DNA of 64,000 bases, from the NCBI GenBank assembly GCA_963665095.1, contig OY762069.1:4576001-4640000 (forward strand). The letters are read 5' to 3'. A program made the position numbers and the translations under genes. The notes below the pieces were generated by a model. It saw only the letters and a list, made by a program, of their open reading frames with translations. It did not search any database and was not told the origin of the DNA. The stretch is from an uncultured Desulfobacter sp. Its GTDB lineage: Bacteria > Desulfobacterota > Desulfobacteria > Desulfobacterales > Desulfobacteraceae. Within the stretch, counting starts at the first letter, position 1; every line of letters starts with the position of its first letter. This document shows, in pieces, positions 1 through 10,719 of the stretch.

Positions 1-559
1 CGTTGAGCTCCCTGAATCGCAGAAAATTGGTCAGGGCAATGGCGCAGGGTTTGTCTAAAAGACCCAGCAGTTCCATATGATCCGGGGTGAATTTCTGCCG
101 GCTGTCGCTGAATATCGAAAAAATCCCCAGCATGGTGCGTTCCAGCACCAGATCAATAATTACAGCGGAGACATCTATGGCATTCAGCCGTCTGGCCACA
201 GGGCCTGTTATGGGATCCCGGCCCAGGTGATCTACGAATCTGACCCTTTCAAAGCTCCTGTCCTCAATGCGTTTACGGCCCTCCCTGGAAAGCTGGGTTT
301 TAATGGAAACGGCCCGACCCTGGTCTGGTTCAGCCAGGGCCACGGTCTCCACAACCCCGGAATCACTGTTGTACACATGGAACCCCATTTCCCGGGCCGG
401 CATGAACTGCCGGACATATACCAGGCACTGGTGCAGTGCCCTTTCCACATCAAGGGTGGAGCAGAGCGTGAGGGTGGCCTGGGTAAAAAAATCGTATTTA
501 TCAATGGGTTTGGGAGGGGGGATTGCCTGGGACCTGGTTAGCTGACTGTTAAAAATCAT
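1..559 (-). CDS. N-terminal (GAF-like) part of a probable sigma-54-dependent transcriptional activator, running off the window edge
   Basis: Not in the ORF track. My translation is MIFNSQLTRSQAIPPPKPIDKYDFFTQATLTLCSTLDVERALHQCLVYVRQFMPA...CAIALTNFLRFRELN, open to base 1, with GGAG upstream of the ATG. It resembles N-termini of deltaproteobacterial GAF-bEBPs and is divergent from a sigma-54 promoter. The AAA+ domain would lie outside the window. Confidence 0.65.
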   Translation of the reverse strand, partial: MIFNSQLTRSQAIPPPKPIDKYDFFTQATLTLCSTLDVERALHQCLVYVRQFMPAREMGFHVYNSDSGVVETVALAEPDQGRAVSIKTQLSREGRKRIEDRSFERVRFVDHLGRDPITGPVARRLNAIDVSAVIIDLVLERTMLGIFSIFSDSRQKFTPDHMELLGLLDKPCAIALTNFLRFRELN

Positions 560-602
560 GGTCATCTCCGTGCGGTAAACTCAATGACATAAAGCCGATA
601 GA

Positions 603-668
603 CTGTACTATGAGACAGAATACACCAGATCTGTAATATAGAACAGGAAAAACTGCTCTATGGGACAA
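603..668. promoter_or_regulatory. Three CTGt-N8-ACAg boxes, candidate upstream activator sites
   Basis: CTGTACTATGAGACAG (603-618), CTGTAATATAGAACAG (631-646) and CTGCTCTATGGGACAA (653-668), 50-120 bp upstream of a -24/-12 promoter. Confidence 0.55.
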
Positions 669-719
669 TAATCTGATGGTCCTACACATACAATACCGTT
701 AAACAGCGCTCTCTTTTTC

Positions 720-735
720 TGGCATGACTTTTGCT
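720..735 (+). promoter_or_regulatory. Sigma-54 (-24/-12) promoter of the hbd-acd-thl operon
   Basis: TGGCATGACTTTTGCT, exact GG-N10-GC spacing. Confidence 0.8.
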
Positions 736-798
736 CATAATTCCCTGGTTGCGATCGTATTTAAAATTCATTTACTCACCATTAAAGGAGACAGCCCA

Positions 799-1656
799 AT
801 GGAAATTAAACAGATCTGCGTTTTAGGAGCCGGGATCATGGGTGCGGGTATTGCCCAGTGTGCGGCCCAGGCCGGTTTTGACGTCAGTTTAAGGGATATG
901 GAGGACCGGTTTGTGGAAAACGGCCTGACCACCATTAAATCCAACCTTGCAAAAGCCGTGTCCAAGGGAAAAATGACGGCAGATGATGCCGATGCCATCA
1001 TGGACAGAGTGACCGGCACCACCGACCTGACCATGGCGGCCCGGGATGCTGACCTGGTCATTGAAGCTATCATTGAGGTGATGGATGTAAAAAAACAGGT
1101 GTTCCGGGAACTGGATGCCATTTGCAAAAAAGAGGCGGTGTTTGCGTCCAATACATCCGGACTCTCCATCACAGAAATGGCGGCAGCCACAAGCCGGCCG
1201 GACAAATTCATCGGCATGCATTATTTCAATCCCGTCCCGGTGATGCGCCTTGTGGAGCTGATCAAGGGATTTGGCACATCCGATGAAACCCTGGCCATGT
1301 GTACTGAGTATGTGGATAAAATCAACAAGACCGCCATTGAAGTCAAGGAGGCCCCGGGCTTTGCCGTCAACCGGATTCTGTGCCCCATGATCAACGAAGC
1401 CATCTTTGTCCTGGCCGAAGACATTGCCAGCGCCAAGGACATTGACAATGCCATGACCTTAGGGGCCAACATGCCCATCGGCCCTCTGGCCCTGGCAGAC
1501 ATGGTGGGTCTGGACACCCTGCTCCTGGTGCTGCAGGGCTTTCATGACGAGCTTGGCGAAGACAAATACCGGCCCGCCCCCCTGCTTAAAAAGATGGTGC
1601 GCGCCGGGTACCTGGGCCGCAAATCGGGAAAAGGATTTTACGATTACACAAGATAA
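799..1656 (+). CDS. hbd: 3-hydroxybutyryl-CoA / 3-hydroxyacyl-CoA dehydrogenase
   Basis: GAGIMG Rossmann motif, ASNTS, GMHYFNP, PGFAVNR and [21 protein letters not shown] before ATG 799. Confidence 0.95.
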   Translation: MEIKQICVLGAGIMGAGIAQCAAQAGFDVSLRDMEDRFVENGLTTIKSNLAKAVSKGKMTADDADAIMDRVTGTTDLTMAARDADLVIEAIIEVMDVKKQVFRELDAICKKEAVFASNTSGLSITEMAAATSRPDKFIGMHYFNPVPVMRLVELIKGFGTSDETLAMCTEYVDKINKTAIEVKEAPGFAVNRILCPMINEAIFVLAEDIASAKDIDNAMTLGANMPIGPLALADMVGLDTLLLVLQGFHDELGEDKYRPAPLLKKMVRAGYLGRKSGKGFYDYTR

Positions 1657-1738
1657 GGCGCTTGAAGCGTTACGCCCGACAGGAAAGCATAGCGCTTGAA
1701 GATCAAGGGAATAGTATATTTTTTAAGGAGGAGAACCC

Positions 1739-3550
1739 ATGGCACAACAGGTTGCAGACCGCAGGGATGTGGATTTTGTTCTGCATGAGCAGTTCAATGT
1801 GGAGGCGTTGAGCGAGCATGAACTTTTCGCGGATTTTAACAAAAAAACTGTGGATATGGTGGTGTCCGAAGCCAGAAACCTGGCAATCAAAGAGCTGTTG
1901 CCCCACCTGAAGGAAGCTGACGAGCAGGGCTGTATTTTTGACAACGGAAAAGTCACGGTGCCTGAGGTGTTCCACCGGGCCTATGAACTGTTCTCCGAGG
2001 GCGAATGGATCGCCATGTGTGATGATCCGGAGTGGGGTGGCCAGGGAATGCCCGCCACCGTGGCCCTGGCAGCCAACAATTATTTTAACGGGGCCAACTA
2101 CCCGTTCATGCTTCACAACATCCTGGCCCATGGTGCGGGCAAGCTGGTGGAAAAGTTCGGCACGGACGAACAGAAGAACCTGTTTCTGAAAAAGATGTAC
2201 ACCGGCGTCTGGGGCGGCTCCATGCTGCTCACCGAGCCTGAAGCAGGTTCTGATGTCGGTGCCTTGACCACCAAAGCCGTTCCCAACGGTGACGGCACCT
2301 ACAGCATCACCGGCAACAAGATTTTTATCTCTTCAGGTGAAAACGACCTGGTGGAAAACATCATCCATCCGGTGCTGGCCCGTATTGAAGGTGCCCCTGC
2401 AGGGACCGCCGGTATCTCGCTCTTCCTGGTGCCCAAGATCTGGGTGAACGAAGACGGATCCCTGGGTGAACCCAATGATATTGTCTGCACCGGCATTGAA
2501 GAAAAAATGGGCATTCACGGCAGCCCCACCTGTTCCATGGCGTTGGGCTCCAAAGGCAAATGTATCGGCACCCTGCTGGGTCAGGCCAACAAGGGCATGA
2601 GCGCAATGTTTGTCATGATGAATGAGGCACGGCTCCACGTGGGCATGCAGGGCTTTGCCTGTGCATCCGCCTCCTATCTCAACGCTCTGAACTATGCCAA
2701 AGAGCGGATCCAGAGCCCGGCCCTCACCGCACCCAAGGGTTCCCCCGGGGTTGCCATTATCCAGCACCCTGATGTCCGGCGGATGCTTCTGAACATGAAA
2801 GCCTACACCGAAGGCATGCGCTCCACCCTCTTTTATGTGGGGTATCTGGAAGACCAGATCCGGATCGCCAAAACCGACGAAGACAAAGCCACTTACCAGG
2901 GCCTTATTGACGTACTCATCCCCGTGGCCAAGGGTTATATTACGGACCGGGCCTTTGAGCTGTGCTCCGACGGGGTTCAGATCTTTGGCGGATACGGATT
3001 CACCAAGGAATATCCCCAGGAGCAGCTGCTGCGCGACTGCAAAATTACCCAGATCTACGAAGGCACCAACGGCATCCAGGCCATGGACCTTCTGGGCAGG
3101 AAGCTGGGGCTGAACAAGGGTAAGGCCTTTACCGATCTTCTGGCCCTTGTCACCAAAGCCATCAATCAGGCCAGAGAGATGGAGGCAATCGCCCCCCAGG
3201 CCCAGGCCCTTGAAGCGGCGTTGAACAAACTGATGGAAACCGCCAAAGCCCTGGGCGGCATCATGGGTAAGGGAGGCGTGGAGCAGGCGTTTGCCCAGGC
3301 CCATCCCTTCCTGACAGTTACAGGAGACGTGCTTATGGCCTGGATGCTCTTATGGCGGGCCGCCATTGCCGTTGAAAAACTGGCTGACAAACCTAAGAAA
3401 AAAGATGTGGCCTTTTATAACGGTGTTCTGGCCTCTGCCCGATTTTTCTGCGCAAGCGTTCTGCCGGCCACCATGGGCAAAATGGATGCCATCGCCGAGG
3501 CCGACACCAGCGCTCTGGATATTGAAGAAGATGCTTTTGCCTCAAAATAA
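1739..3550 (+). CDS. Acyl-CoA dehydrogenase (long ~600 aa type)
   Basis: LTEPEAGSDVG, GNKIFIS, EEKMGIHGSPT, QIFGGYG and IYEGTNGIQAMDL motifs. Confidence 0.95.
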   Translation: MAQQVADRRDVDFVLHEQFNVEALSEHELFADFNKKTVDMVVSEARNLAIKELLPHLKEADEQGCIFDNGKVTVPEVFHRAYELFSEGEWIAMCDDPEWGGQGMPATVALAANNYFNGANYPFMLHNILAHGAGKLVEKFGTDEQKNLFLKKMYTGVWGGSMLLTEPEAGSDVGALTTKAVPNGDGTYSITGNKIFISSGENDLVENIIHPVLARIEGAPAGTAGISLFLVPKIWVNEDGSLGEPNDIVCTGIEEKMGIHGSPTCSMALGSKGKCIGTLLGQANKGMSAMFVMMNEARLHVGMQGFACASASYLNALNYAKERIQSPALTAPKGSPGVAIIQHPDVRRMLLNMKAYTEGMRSTLFYVGYLEDQIRIAKTDEDKATYQGLIDVLIPVAKGYITDRAFELCSDGVQIFGGYGFTKEYPQEQLLRDCKITQIYEGTNGIQAMDLLGRKLGLNKGKAFTDLLALVTKAINQAREMEAIAPQAQALEAALNKLMETAKALGGIMGKGGVEQAFAQAHPFLTVTGDVLMAWMLLWRAAIAVEKLADKPKKKDVAFYNGVLASARFFCASVLPATMGKMDAIAEADTSALDIEEDAFASK

Positions 3551-3570
3551 ATTAATTAAAGGATATTCTT

Positions 3571-4821
3571 ATGAAAGATGTTGTTATTGTTTCAGCCTGC
3601 CGCACAGCCATAGGGGCTTTTGGCGGCACGTTAAAAGACTTGAATGGCGCCTATCTTGCCAGCATCACCATGAAAGAGGCCATTAAACGGGCCGGTATTG
3701 ATCCTGCTATTATTGATGATGTGCGCTACGGCACTTGTGTAGAACACCACGACACCCTGAACACTACCCGTGTAGGGGCGCTGATGGCCGGTATTCCGGA
3801 TACGGTTCCCGCGGTCACCATCAACCGGGTATGCATCTCCGGCATGGAGGCGGTACTGTCCGGCATGGCCATGATCCAGGCCGGTATGGCTGATGTGGTC
3901 CTGGCGGGCGGCACCGAGCACATGTCCGGCGTTCCCTATGCCGTACCCAAAGCCCGCTGGGGATGCCGCCTCCAGGATGCCACTTTTGTGGACGCCCTGA
4001 TCCACGCTTTGCACTGCGGTTCTTATGTCATGCCCTTTGATGAAACCTCACCTGTGGACACCACCCAGGCACCGGCATGCCATTTCCTGGGCAAACCATA
4101 CATCATGGGCCATACTGCGGAGTTCATTGCCCAGCTACTGGATATCAGCAGGGAGGAGATGGATGAAGTGGCACTGCGTTCCCATAACAACGCGGAACGG
4201 GCCACCAACGATGGCAGTTTCGCCGAAGAGATTGTGCCCGTTGAAGTTCCCCAGCGCAAAAAAGATCCCCTCATCTTTGACAAGGACGAACATTTCCGGC
4301 CCGGCATGACCCTGGAAAAACTGGCAGCATTACCGCCTGCTTTTATTCCCAAAACCGGCAAGGTCACTGCCGGCAACGCCTCAGGCATCAACGACGGATC
4401 CACCGGCATGGTGATCATGTCCGCAGACAAGGCAAAAGAGCTGGGGCTGACCCCCATCGCAAAAATTAAAGCCACGGGCATGGGCGCATGTCATCCTTCG
4501 GTCATGGGGCTCTCTCCGGTTCCGGCTGTCAAGGACCTGGTGGCAAAATCCGGTATTGCCATCAGTGATTTTGACCTCATTGAAGTGAACGAAGCCTTTG
4601 CCGCCCAGTACCTGGGATGCGAAAAGGAACTGAACCTGAACCGGGAGATCACCAATGTGAACGGGTCAGGCATCGGACTGGGCCATCCGGTTGGCTCCAC
4701 CGGCGCCCGGGTCATGACCACGTTGATGTATGCCATGAAAAACAAAGGCAAAAATTTAGGTCTTGCCACCCTTTGCGGCGGCGGCGGGGTTTCCATGGCC
4801 TGCGCCATTGAAATGCTTTAA
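3571..4821 (+). CDS. Acetyl-CoA C-acyltransferase (thiolase)
   Basis: INRVCISG (catalytic Cys), NEAFA, GHPVGSTG and LCGGGG motifs. Confidence 0.95.
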   Translation: MKDVVIVSACRTAIGAFGGTLKDLNGAYLASITMKEAIKRAGIDPAIIDDVRYGTCVEHHDTLNTTRVGALMAGIPDTVPAVTINRVCISGMEAVLSGMAMIQAGMADVVLAGGTEHMSGVPYAVPKARWGCRLQDATFVDALIHALHCGSYVMPFDETSPVDTTQAPACHFLGKPYIMGHTAEFIAQLLDISREEMDEVALRSHNNAERATNDGSFAEEIVPVEVPQRKKDPLIFDKDEHFRPGMTLEKLAALPPAFIPKTGKVTAGNASGINDGSTGMVIMSADKAKELGLTPIAKIKATGMGACHPSVMGLSPVPAVKDLVAKSGIAISDFDLIEVNEAFAAQYLGCEKELNLNREITNVNGSGIGLGHPVGSTGARVMTTLMYAMKNKGKNLGLATLCGGGGVSMACAIEML

Positions 4822-4854
4822 TACAGCCTTTGATTGATAATCATATTTAATGCG

Positions 4855-4888
4855 AAAGTCACCAGGCTCAAAACCCCTGGTGACTTTT
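4855..4888 (+). terminator. Intrinsic terminator-like hairpin between the convergent thiolase and MCP genes
   Basis: AAAGTCACCAGG-N9-CCTGGTGACTTTT. Confidence 0.7.
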
Positions 4889-5089
4889 GATTTTCATGAA
4901 TAATAACCCAAAAATAAACAGGCTTAGGTGCAGATTTGCTGCAACCACCGGTAAGGATATTTGCGCAAAAATGGCTTTTCATATTAAAAGCCCGGGCGAT
5001 TTGTGCCACAGCCCTGTCAATATCCGGCTTTGTAATAATGACCAGGGGCGGGGCAAACCGGAGGGTAACTGAAAAACGCCTGAAGCGGA

Positions 5090-7186
5090 TCACCTCTCCT
5101 CTTTCAGCCGTTCCTTCCGGTCAGGGGAGGCTATCTCCCCTGTATTGAAATAGGATATGGTCTTCTGGAGCTTCTCTGCCTGGGCAGACAGCTCTTCTGC
5201 TGTTGATGATATCTCCTGTGAAGACCCTGCGTTCTGCTGAATGATCTTGTCAAGCTTGTTCAACGCGGTGTTGATCTGGTCCGCCCCAGTACTCTGTTCA
5301 GCAGATGCCGCATTAATTTCCTGCACCAGTTCGGCAGTTTTGCGGATATCAGGTACAATTTTATTCAGCATAATCCCTGCAGCTTCGGCAATTTCAACAC
5401 TGGAGGTAGACAGGTTGCTGATTTCACTTGCAGCAGCCTGACTTCTTTCAGCAAGCTTTCTTACGGCGTCTGCAACCACGGCAAAGCCCTTGCCGTGTTC
5501 CCCTGCCCGGGCCGCTTCTATGGCTGCATTCAACGCCAGCATATTGGTCTGCCTTGCAATCTCTTCTATAATGAGAATTTTTTCGGCAATTTTTTTCATT
5601 GCATCCACTGTTTTTGCCACAGCATCGCCACCTTGTTCTGCCTCCTGGGCCACATGGACAGCAAGCTGTTCTGTCTGCCGGGCATTATCCGCATTTTGCT
5701 TGATATTGCCTGACATCTCACCCATGGATGACGATGCCTGCCCCGCGGAAGCGGACTGCTCAATAGCACCATGGGACAACTGTTCTGATGTGGAACTGAG
5801 CTCCTGACTGCCTGACGCCACACTGCCGACAGCTGCCTGGACCTCTCTTACAATGGATGTCAGTGATGCGACCATCTTTTTCATTGCTGCCTGCAGCCTG
5901 CCGATTTCATCATTTGAATTAACATCAATGTTTATGTTCAGGTTTCCATGGGCCAGTGTGCCGGCCATGGAAACAACTTCTGAAAGGGGGCTTTCAATGT
6001 ACTTTCTGGACATAAAGGCCACCCAGAGAAACGCAGCAATAACCAGCACACTGATGGTGACGACCATAAAGATAATATGGTTTCTGATTTTCCTTTTTAT
6101 CTGTTCCTCTTTTTGTGCAATTTTATCATACAGCTCTCCCATATAAACACCAGTTGCCAATATCCAGTCCCATTGTTTAACATACTTAAAATAGACGATT
6201 TTAAGTTCAGGCTGATCAGATCCGAGTTTCGGCCACAAATATTCTAAATCCCCCTGGCCATTGGATTTTGCCTTGGAAACCAGCTCCCTGATAAAATATT
6301 TGCCGGTGACATCTTTCTGGTCTGTGAGTATCCGCCCTCTCATTTCCGGGTCAAGATGCGCCATCACTTCACCGTTTCCGTCCAGAATATAAAAATAATC
6401 ATCATCTCCATACCGGGTGTTGTTAATAAGGGCAATGGCTTCTTTCCGGGCCCTTTCTTTTGCTTCTTCCACACTGATGCCGGTTCCTATAACCCAGTCC
6501 CAGGGTTCAAAATGACGGACATAAGAAACTTTTTTCATCAGCTTTGAATTATCCTCAGCCGAAGGCCATAAATATTGGATAAAACCACCACCCGACTTAT
6601 TACTCACGTTTGCGGCTTCAACAAATAAGGGGGTATTGGTCCCTTCAGCCATAATTATATTGCCGTTTTTAGTGAACTTTGAAATATCCTTGCCATTCAA
6701 TTGCGGAACTGTGGGATGATTGATCATCTTAGGCTCCATATTCTGAATCCAGAAATAATTCTGATTGGCATAGCGAATTTCGCCGATGGATTCCGCCGCA
6801 TGAGTCTTGGCTACAGACATCAGATCGTCGGCCGATTCCGGGGCAAATAGTGTCGACTGTTTGGCATCACGGTAGTTTTTATTAATTATGGAATAGGGGA
6901 TATCCACAAGGTTTTTTAATCCCTCTCCATACTGTTTTTCAAGCCCTTCTGTGGTCACGGCCTGGTTGTAAATATGCATTAGCATGGTATAGGCGACTTC
7001 CATCAGACTTTTCGCCTGTTGCCTGGAGCCCGCCATTATTTGCGATTTATAAAGTACAATGTCCTCATTGCCTGATCTAATGGTGCTGTACAGAGAATAA
7101 CCGCCAATAACGGATACGGAAACAATGATTGTCAAAATGACGATAATAATAATTTTGGTTTTAATTTGAAAATCTTTGAAACGCAT
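5090..7186 (-). CDS. Methyl-accepting chemotaxis protein with two Cache sensor domains
   Basis: Two TM segments, two YF(W/Y)I...YLWP...WDW(V/I) Cache repeats, a HAMP domain and the [30 protein letters not shown] signalling tip. Confidence 0.95.
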   Translation of the reverse strand: MRFKDFQIKTKIIIIVILTIIVSVSVIGGYSLYSTIRSGNEDIVLYKSQIMAGSRQQAKSLMEVAYTMLMHIYNQAVTTEGLEKQYGEGLKNLVDIPYSIINKNYRDAKQSTLFAPESADDLMSVAKTHAAESIGEIRYANQNYFWIQNMEPKMINHPTVPQLNGKDISKFTKNGNIIMAEGTNTPLFVEAANVSNKSGGGFIQYLWPSAEDNSKLMKKVSYVRHFEPWDWVIGTGISVEEAKERARKEAIALINNTRYGDDDYFYILDGNGEVMAHLDPEMRGRILTDQKDVTGKYFIRELVSKAKSNGQGDLEYLWPKLGSDQPELKIVYFKYVKQWDWILATGVYMGELYDKIAQKEEQIKRKIRNHIIFMVVTISVLVIAAFLWVAFMSRKYIESPLSEVVSMAGTLAHGNLNINIDVNSNDEIGRLQAAMKKMVASLTSIVREVQAAVGSVASGSQELSSTSEQLSHGAIEQSASAGQASSSMGEMSGNIKQNADNARQTEQLAVHVAQEAEQGGDAVAKTVDAMKKIAEKILIIEEIARQTNMLALNAAIEAARAGEHGKGFAVVADAVRKLAERSQAAASEISNLSTSSVEIAEAAGIMLNKIVPDIRKTAELVQEINAASAEQSTGADQINTALNKLDKIIQQNAGSSQEISSTAEELSAQAEKLQKTISYFNTGEIASPDRKERLKEER

Positions 7187-7822
7187 TCTGCACCCCTTTA
7201 AAGATATTTTTGATTGGACACTGCCTCAAAACACTTTCTGGCCATAATTTTAGAGCGTTAATACCAAGAGTTCAAAAGAGGCCTGTGCTTGCGATATCGT
7301 CTAATATACCGGCAAAACTCTTTTTGTCATGTCTACGACGGTATGAACTGGTTATGGTAGATCAGCTGCAGCTTTTCGCCTGTGCATATGGGCAGCCTTG
7401 TAGACATGCGCCCCTTTTGAAAGCTGTCCAAACACGGATTTTCGCTCAGGCATCATATAAGATCCCAGCGACATCTCCGGACTGAATCAGAATTTTTTAA
7501 TGTATTATTTATATATCAGGTATATACGCATACAAGCGGGTTTGTCAATCCCGTTCCGCCATCAAGGCCTTATAAGCCGGCTGATTTAGCAGCCCCCCAT
7601 ACGCTGTGTCAGGCGATGCAGCGTATATCGTCAAATTAAAAATACCGAACGATTTATCTGCCATATCCGGCTCAAATATATGCTTGAGCCGGAGGCATGG
7701 TCACCCTTGCCATTGCAGTGCCCCTTATCTGATCGTCTGTGATTGCATTAGTACCATGGCAACCCGGCAGCCGCAAGATGATATCTGCCCGCCCTGTTGG
7801 AGAAGGCCGGCCGTTATAAATA

Positions 7823-7835
7823 GGTGACCCCATGA
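7823..7835 (+). repeat. Left copy of 13-bp direct repeat GGTGACCCCATGA
   Basis: Identical to 11768-11780; both copies are preceded by CCGGCC and followed by (A)CCATG. Confidence 0.75.
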
Positions 7836-8004
7836 CCATGACCCTGATGCTGGCAAGCTTTAATAATTAATTATGTATCGTGTCCCCAGAATTAATATTA
7901 TATTGTCAATTATTCGTATTTTTTTATATTTACTGATATGATATTATCATTAATAACAATAATGATTGCCTGGGAACACATTGAAAACATCCTTCAATAT
8001 AAAA

Positions 8005-8292
8005 ATGCCTGTTGAAACCAGCCGGGAACTGGCCTTAAAAACCAGGCGCCTCCGGCTTGAAAAGAGATGGACCCGGCGCACTCTGTCTAAAAGATCCGGG
8101 GTACCGGAATCAACCTTACGGCGCTTTGAGGACACAGGTAAAATTTCCCTGGAAAGCTTTTTAAAATTGATGAACGCACTGGGCCGACTCCACGAAACAA
8201 ATGATTTATTAACACCGGAACCGGCTGTCTCAATGGAGGATTTAAAAAGACAGGCCCAAAAGAATCATCTGCCCCAAAGGGGATCTGTATGA
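8005..8292 (+). CDS. HipB-like XRE-family HTH antitoxin (start uncertain, 7966-8005)
   Basis: WTRRTLSKRSGVPESTLRRFEDTGKISLESF HTH; ATGA overlap with hipA. Confidence 0.85.
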   Translation: MPVETSRELALKTRRLRLEKRWTRRTLSKRSGVPESTLRRFEDTGKISLESFLKLMNALGRLHETNDLLTPEPAVSMEDLKRQAQKNHLPQRGSV

Positions 8293-9521
8293 AATTTTTA
8301 AATGTTTTCCTCAAACTGTCTCCTTCTCAAAAGATCCTCGTGGGAACCCTGGCCGAAGACAGGCAAAAAATTCGATTCCAATATGACTCGCAGTTTTTAA
8401 AAAATCCTGTGTGGCTCTCTCCGTACAAACTGCCGCCTCAACCTGGGATGTTTGAACATAAAGACAGGGAATTCGGGCCGATTTTCGGTCTGTTTGACAA
8501 TTCTTTGCCTGACGGCTGGGGCCTGTTATTAATGGATAGGTATTTGAGGAAAAAAGGTATTGATGTCGATACCCTCACCGTACTTGACAGATTATCGTTT
8601 TTGGGGGCATCAACTATGGGCGCACTGATTTATGAGCCATCCTCCGGGGAGGATTGTTTTAACCGCCTGATCGATCTTCAGGAGATGTACAGGCACTCAG
8701 TCAAAATCATAGAAAGTGACAGTACTGACATCATCCCCGTACTCATGAAAATGGGTGGCAGCCCCCAGGGTGCAAGGCCCAAAATCCAGGTGGGAGTTAA
8801 AGATGGCAAGCTGATGACCGGTGCTGATGATTTACCGGAAGGCTATGAACACTGGCTGATCAAATTTCCATCTCCAAAGGATTTCAAGGATGCAGGGAAA
8901 GTTGAAAAAGCCTATGCATTAATGGCGGAAGACGCCGGGATCATGATGCCGACAACCCGTTTATTTGAGGTTGAATCCGGTGATTCTTTTTTCGGCATAA
9001 AGCGTTTTGACCGCAATGGCAACCAGCGGTTCCATGTTCACTCGTTGGGGGGATTAATCCACTCCAACTTCAGAATACCTGGATGCGATTACCAGATATT
9101 TTTAAGGGTCATCTCCGATCTAACCCAAAAACAGGAAGATGTGGAAAGGGGATTCCGGCAGATGGTCTTCAACATAATGGGCAATAACCGCGACGACCAT
9201 GTGAAAAATTTTTCCTTTTTAATTGATGCCGATGGAGAGTGGACCCTGTCGCCGGCCTACGACCTGATCTACTCCCCAGGTCCGGGCGGCGAACACTCCA
9301 TGAGCGTTTCAGGAGAAGGCCGGTCACCAGGATTGGACCAGGTCAAAGCACTGGGACTTGAAATTGGCCTTAAGCCCCAAAAAATTCAGGATATTATCGA
9401 TCAATCCGCCGAAGCGGTACGTTACTGGGAGAGTTATGCTGATGAGTTAAATATCTCACAGGAAAGCATGAATAGCATTCGGATAAAGATTAATGAAAAC
9501 TTAAAACGGTTTCAGCTCTGA
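8289..9521 (+). CDS. hipA: HipA-family Ser/Thr kinase toxin
   Basis: SLPDGWG, GSPQGARPK, WLIKF, KRFDR, NRDDHVKNFSF and LSPAYDL motifs are all intact. Confidence 0.93.
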   Translation: MKFLNVFLKLSPSQKILVGTLAEDRQKIRFQYDSQFLKNPVWLSPYKLPPQPGMFEHKDREFGPIFGLFDNSLPDGWGLLLMDRYLRKKGIDVDTLTVLDRLSFLGASTMGALIYEPSSGEDCFNRLIDLQEMYRHSVKIIESDSTDIIPVLMKMGGSPQGARPKIQVGVKDGKLMTGADDLPEGYEHWLIKFPSPKDFKDAGKVEKAYALMAEDAGIMMPTTRLFEVESGDSFFGIKRFDRNGNQRFHVHSLGGLIHSNFRIPGCDYQIFLRVISDLTQKQEDVERGFRQMVFNIMGNNRDDHVKNFSFLIDADGEWTLSPAYDLIYSPGPGGEHSMSVSGEGRSPGLDQVKALGLEIGLKPQKIQDIIDQSAEAVRYWESYADELNISQESMNSIRIKINENLKRFQL

Positions 9522-9541
9522 TGGATTTAACATAACAACCT

Positions 9542-9937
9542 TTAATAAAATGCCAAGTTAATCACTCTGGCCATACTTAAAAAATCCCTGTCATTGTGCA
9601 GCAGCAACAAGTCCTGTTCCATGGCGATCTGGGCGATCAGGCAGTCAATGGTACTTCTGATTGTGATACCGCTTTTTCTGCAGGCAAAATAGATCCCGGC
9701 AGCCTGGGCATAAGAAGAGACTGCATCCAGAGGCTGATAAAATCTTTGGCATCCCAGATACGTCTCCAGAAGCTCATATTCTTTCTTGTTCCTGGCTCCT
9801 TGCAGGATTTCCTGGTAAATAACGGATGTAATGCCAAACGGGATATCCCGTTCAATGATTTCTTTCAAACGATCCGCAGGCGAATTTGACATCCCTTTAA
9901 AGAAATCAACCAGGACAGAGGTGTCAACAAGTATCAT
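9542..9937 (-). CDS. vapC: VapC PIN-domain ribonuclease toxin
   Basis: ILVDTSV, QEILQG, STIDCLIA and LLHNDRDF motifs; ATGA overlap with vapB at 9934-9937. Confidence 0.92.
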   Translation of the reverse strand: MILVDTSVLVDFFKGMSNSPADRLKEIIERDIPFGITSVIYQEILQGARNKKEYELLETYLGCQRFYQPLDAVSSYAQAAGIYFACRKSGITIRSTIDCLIAQIAMEQDLLLLHNDRDFLSMARVINLAFY

Positions 9938-10134
9938 TGTCCCTGCCGACACGCCTTGTAATCATAATCATCCTGGAATTTTATTTTCCCGGAAAGCTCA
10001 AGAAGATTCCGTCTTTTCCTGGTCTGAACGAACTCCTGCAGCGCCATGGAAATTATCTCCTTTTTAGTCCTCAAGCCGCTTAAGGCCATAGCCTCCTGCA
10101 TAAGCATATCGTCAAGTATAACGTTTGTTCTCAT
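9934..10134 (-). CDS. vapB: VapB-type antitoxin
   Basis: MRTNVILDDMLMQEAM...TKKEII RHH-like N-terminus, AGGAGGT RBS, directly upstream of the PIN gene. Confidence 0.88.
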   Translation of the reverse strand: MRTNVILDDMLMQEAMALSGLRTKKEIISMALQEFVQTRKRRNLLELSGKIKFQDDYDYKACRQGQ

Positions 10135-10157
10135 TTATACACCTCCTTATACACACA

Positions 10158-10186
10158 ACCATACACATTCGTGTTGATCTTGTCAA
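10158..10186 (-). promoter_or_regulatory. Sigma-70 promoter of vapBC
   Basis: TTGACA-N17-TATGGT on the minus strand; GTGTAT repeats overlap the -10/leader (possible operator). Confidence 0.65.
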
Positions 10187-10220
10187 TTCGAGAATGGGAC
10201 TTTTAGCGACCACAAACAAA

Positions 10221-10376
10221 TCATCATCAAGCCGTTGTGACTTGGACAAGGGGAGGACAATTCCAACGGTTCGGCGGGCCGCCAGGGTCGCCAGGCTATT
10301 AGGACAATCAGAAAAAATATGGGTTCCATTGGCTGGTGAGGATTCTTTCGTTGATGCGGGCTTTTCCGCAGCATAA
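10221..10376 (+). pseudogene. Relic of an XRE/HigA-like HTH antitoxin (C-terminal half)
   Basis: SSRCDLDKGRTIPTVRRAARVARLLGQSEKIWVPLAGEDSFVDAGF resembles the CDIEKGR..P...A.++AR.LG.SE..WV.LA pattern of XRE proteins; no N-terminal half or start. Confidence 0.5.
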
Positions 10377-10719
10377 CGCCCTTTTAAAACCAAAGTCACC
10401 AGCAACAGCTGGATTCCATCGGCAAAAGCGGTAAGGTTTCTCAGCCCTATTTTAAAATAAGGTTTAATTCTGACAGTGGCGGCCGCCTTTGTAGGAAGAA
10501 CGATATTATTGGCGCTTGAACCTTTATTTGAATTTGTTCGGGTTTAAAATGGATGGGTGCTACAAGAAAGGTGGGTGGTTGAATTTTCAGCATATATTGG
10601 GGATAAGGCAAAGAGGGCTTAAACTCAGTATTTTTACCCTCAAAACAGGCGGCTAAGACAATATACAGACGTGAAATAAAAACAATTATTTATAATTACA
10701 GATAGATAGCTTGGTCTGA

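Noticed and set aside
77..545. ORF-track entries 77..541, 232..504 and 267..545
   Set aside because: Shadows of the real minus-strand gene that runs off the window edge
603..646. CTGT-N8-ACAG boxes as E. coli-type LexA SOS boxes
   Set aside because: The flanking genes are metabolic, and the position relative to a -24/-12 promoter fits enhancer sites better
1658..1701. GCGCTTGAAG direct repeat between hbd and the acyl-CoA dehydrogenase gene
   Set aside because: Only 10 bp and two copies, with no supporting structure
2333..3304. 323-aa antisense ORF (and similar long antisense ORFs at 13817, 35185 and 44114)
   Set aside because: Antisense shadows of well-supported genes, with no motifs
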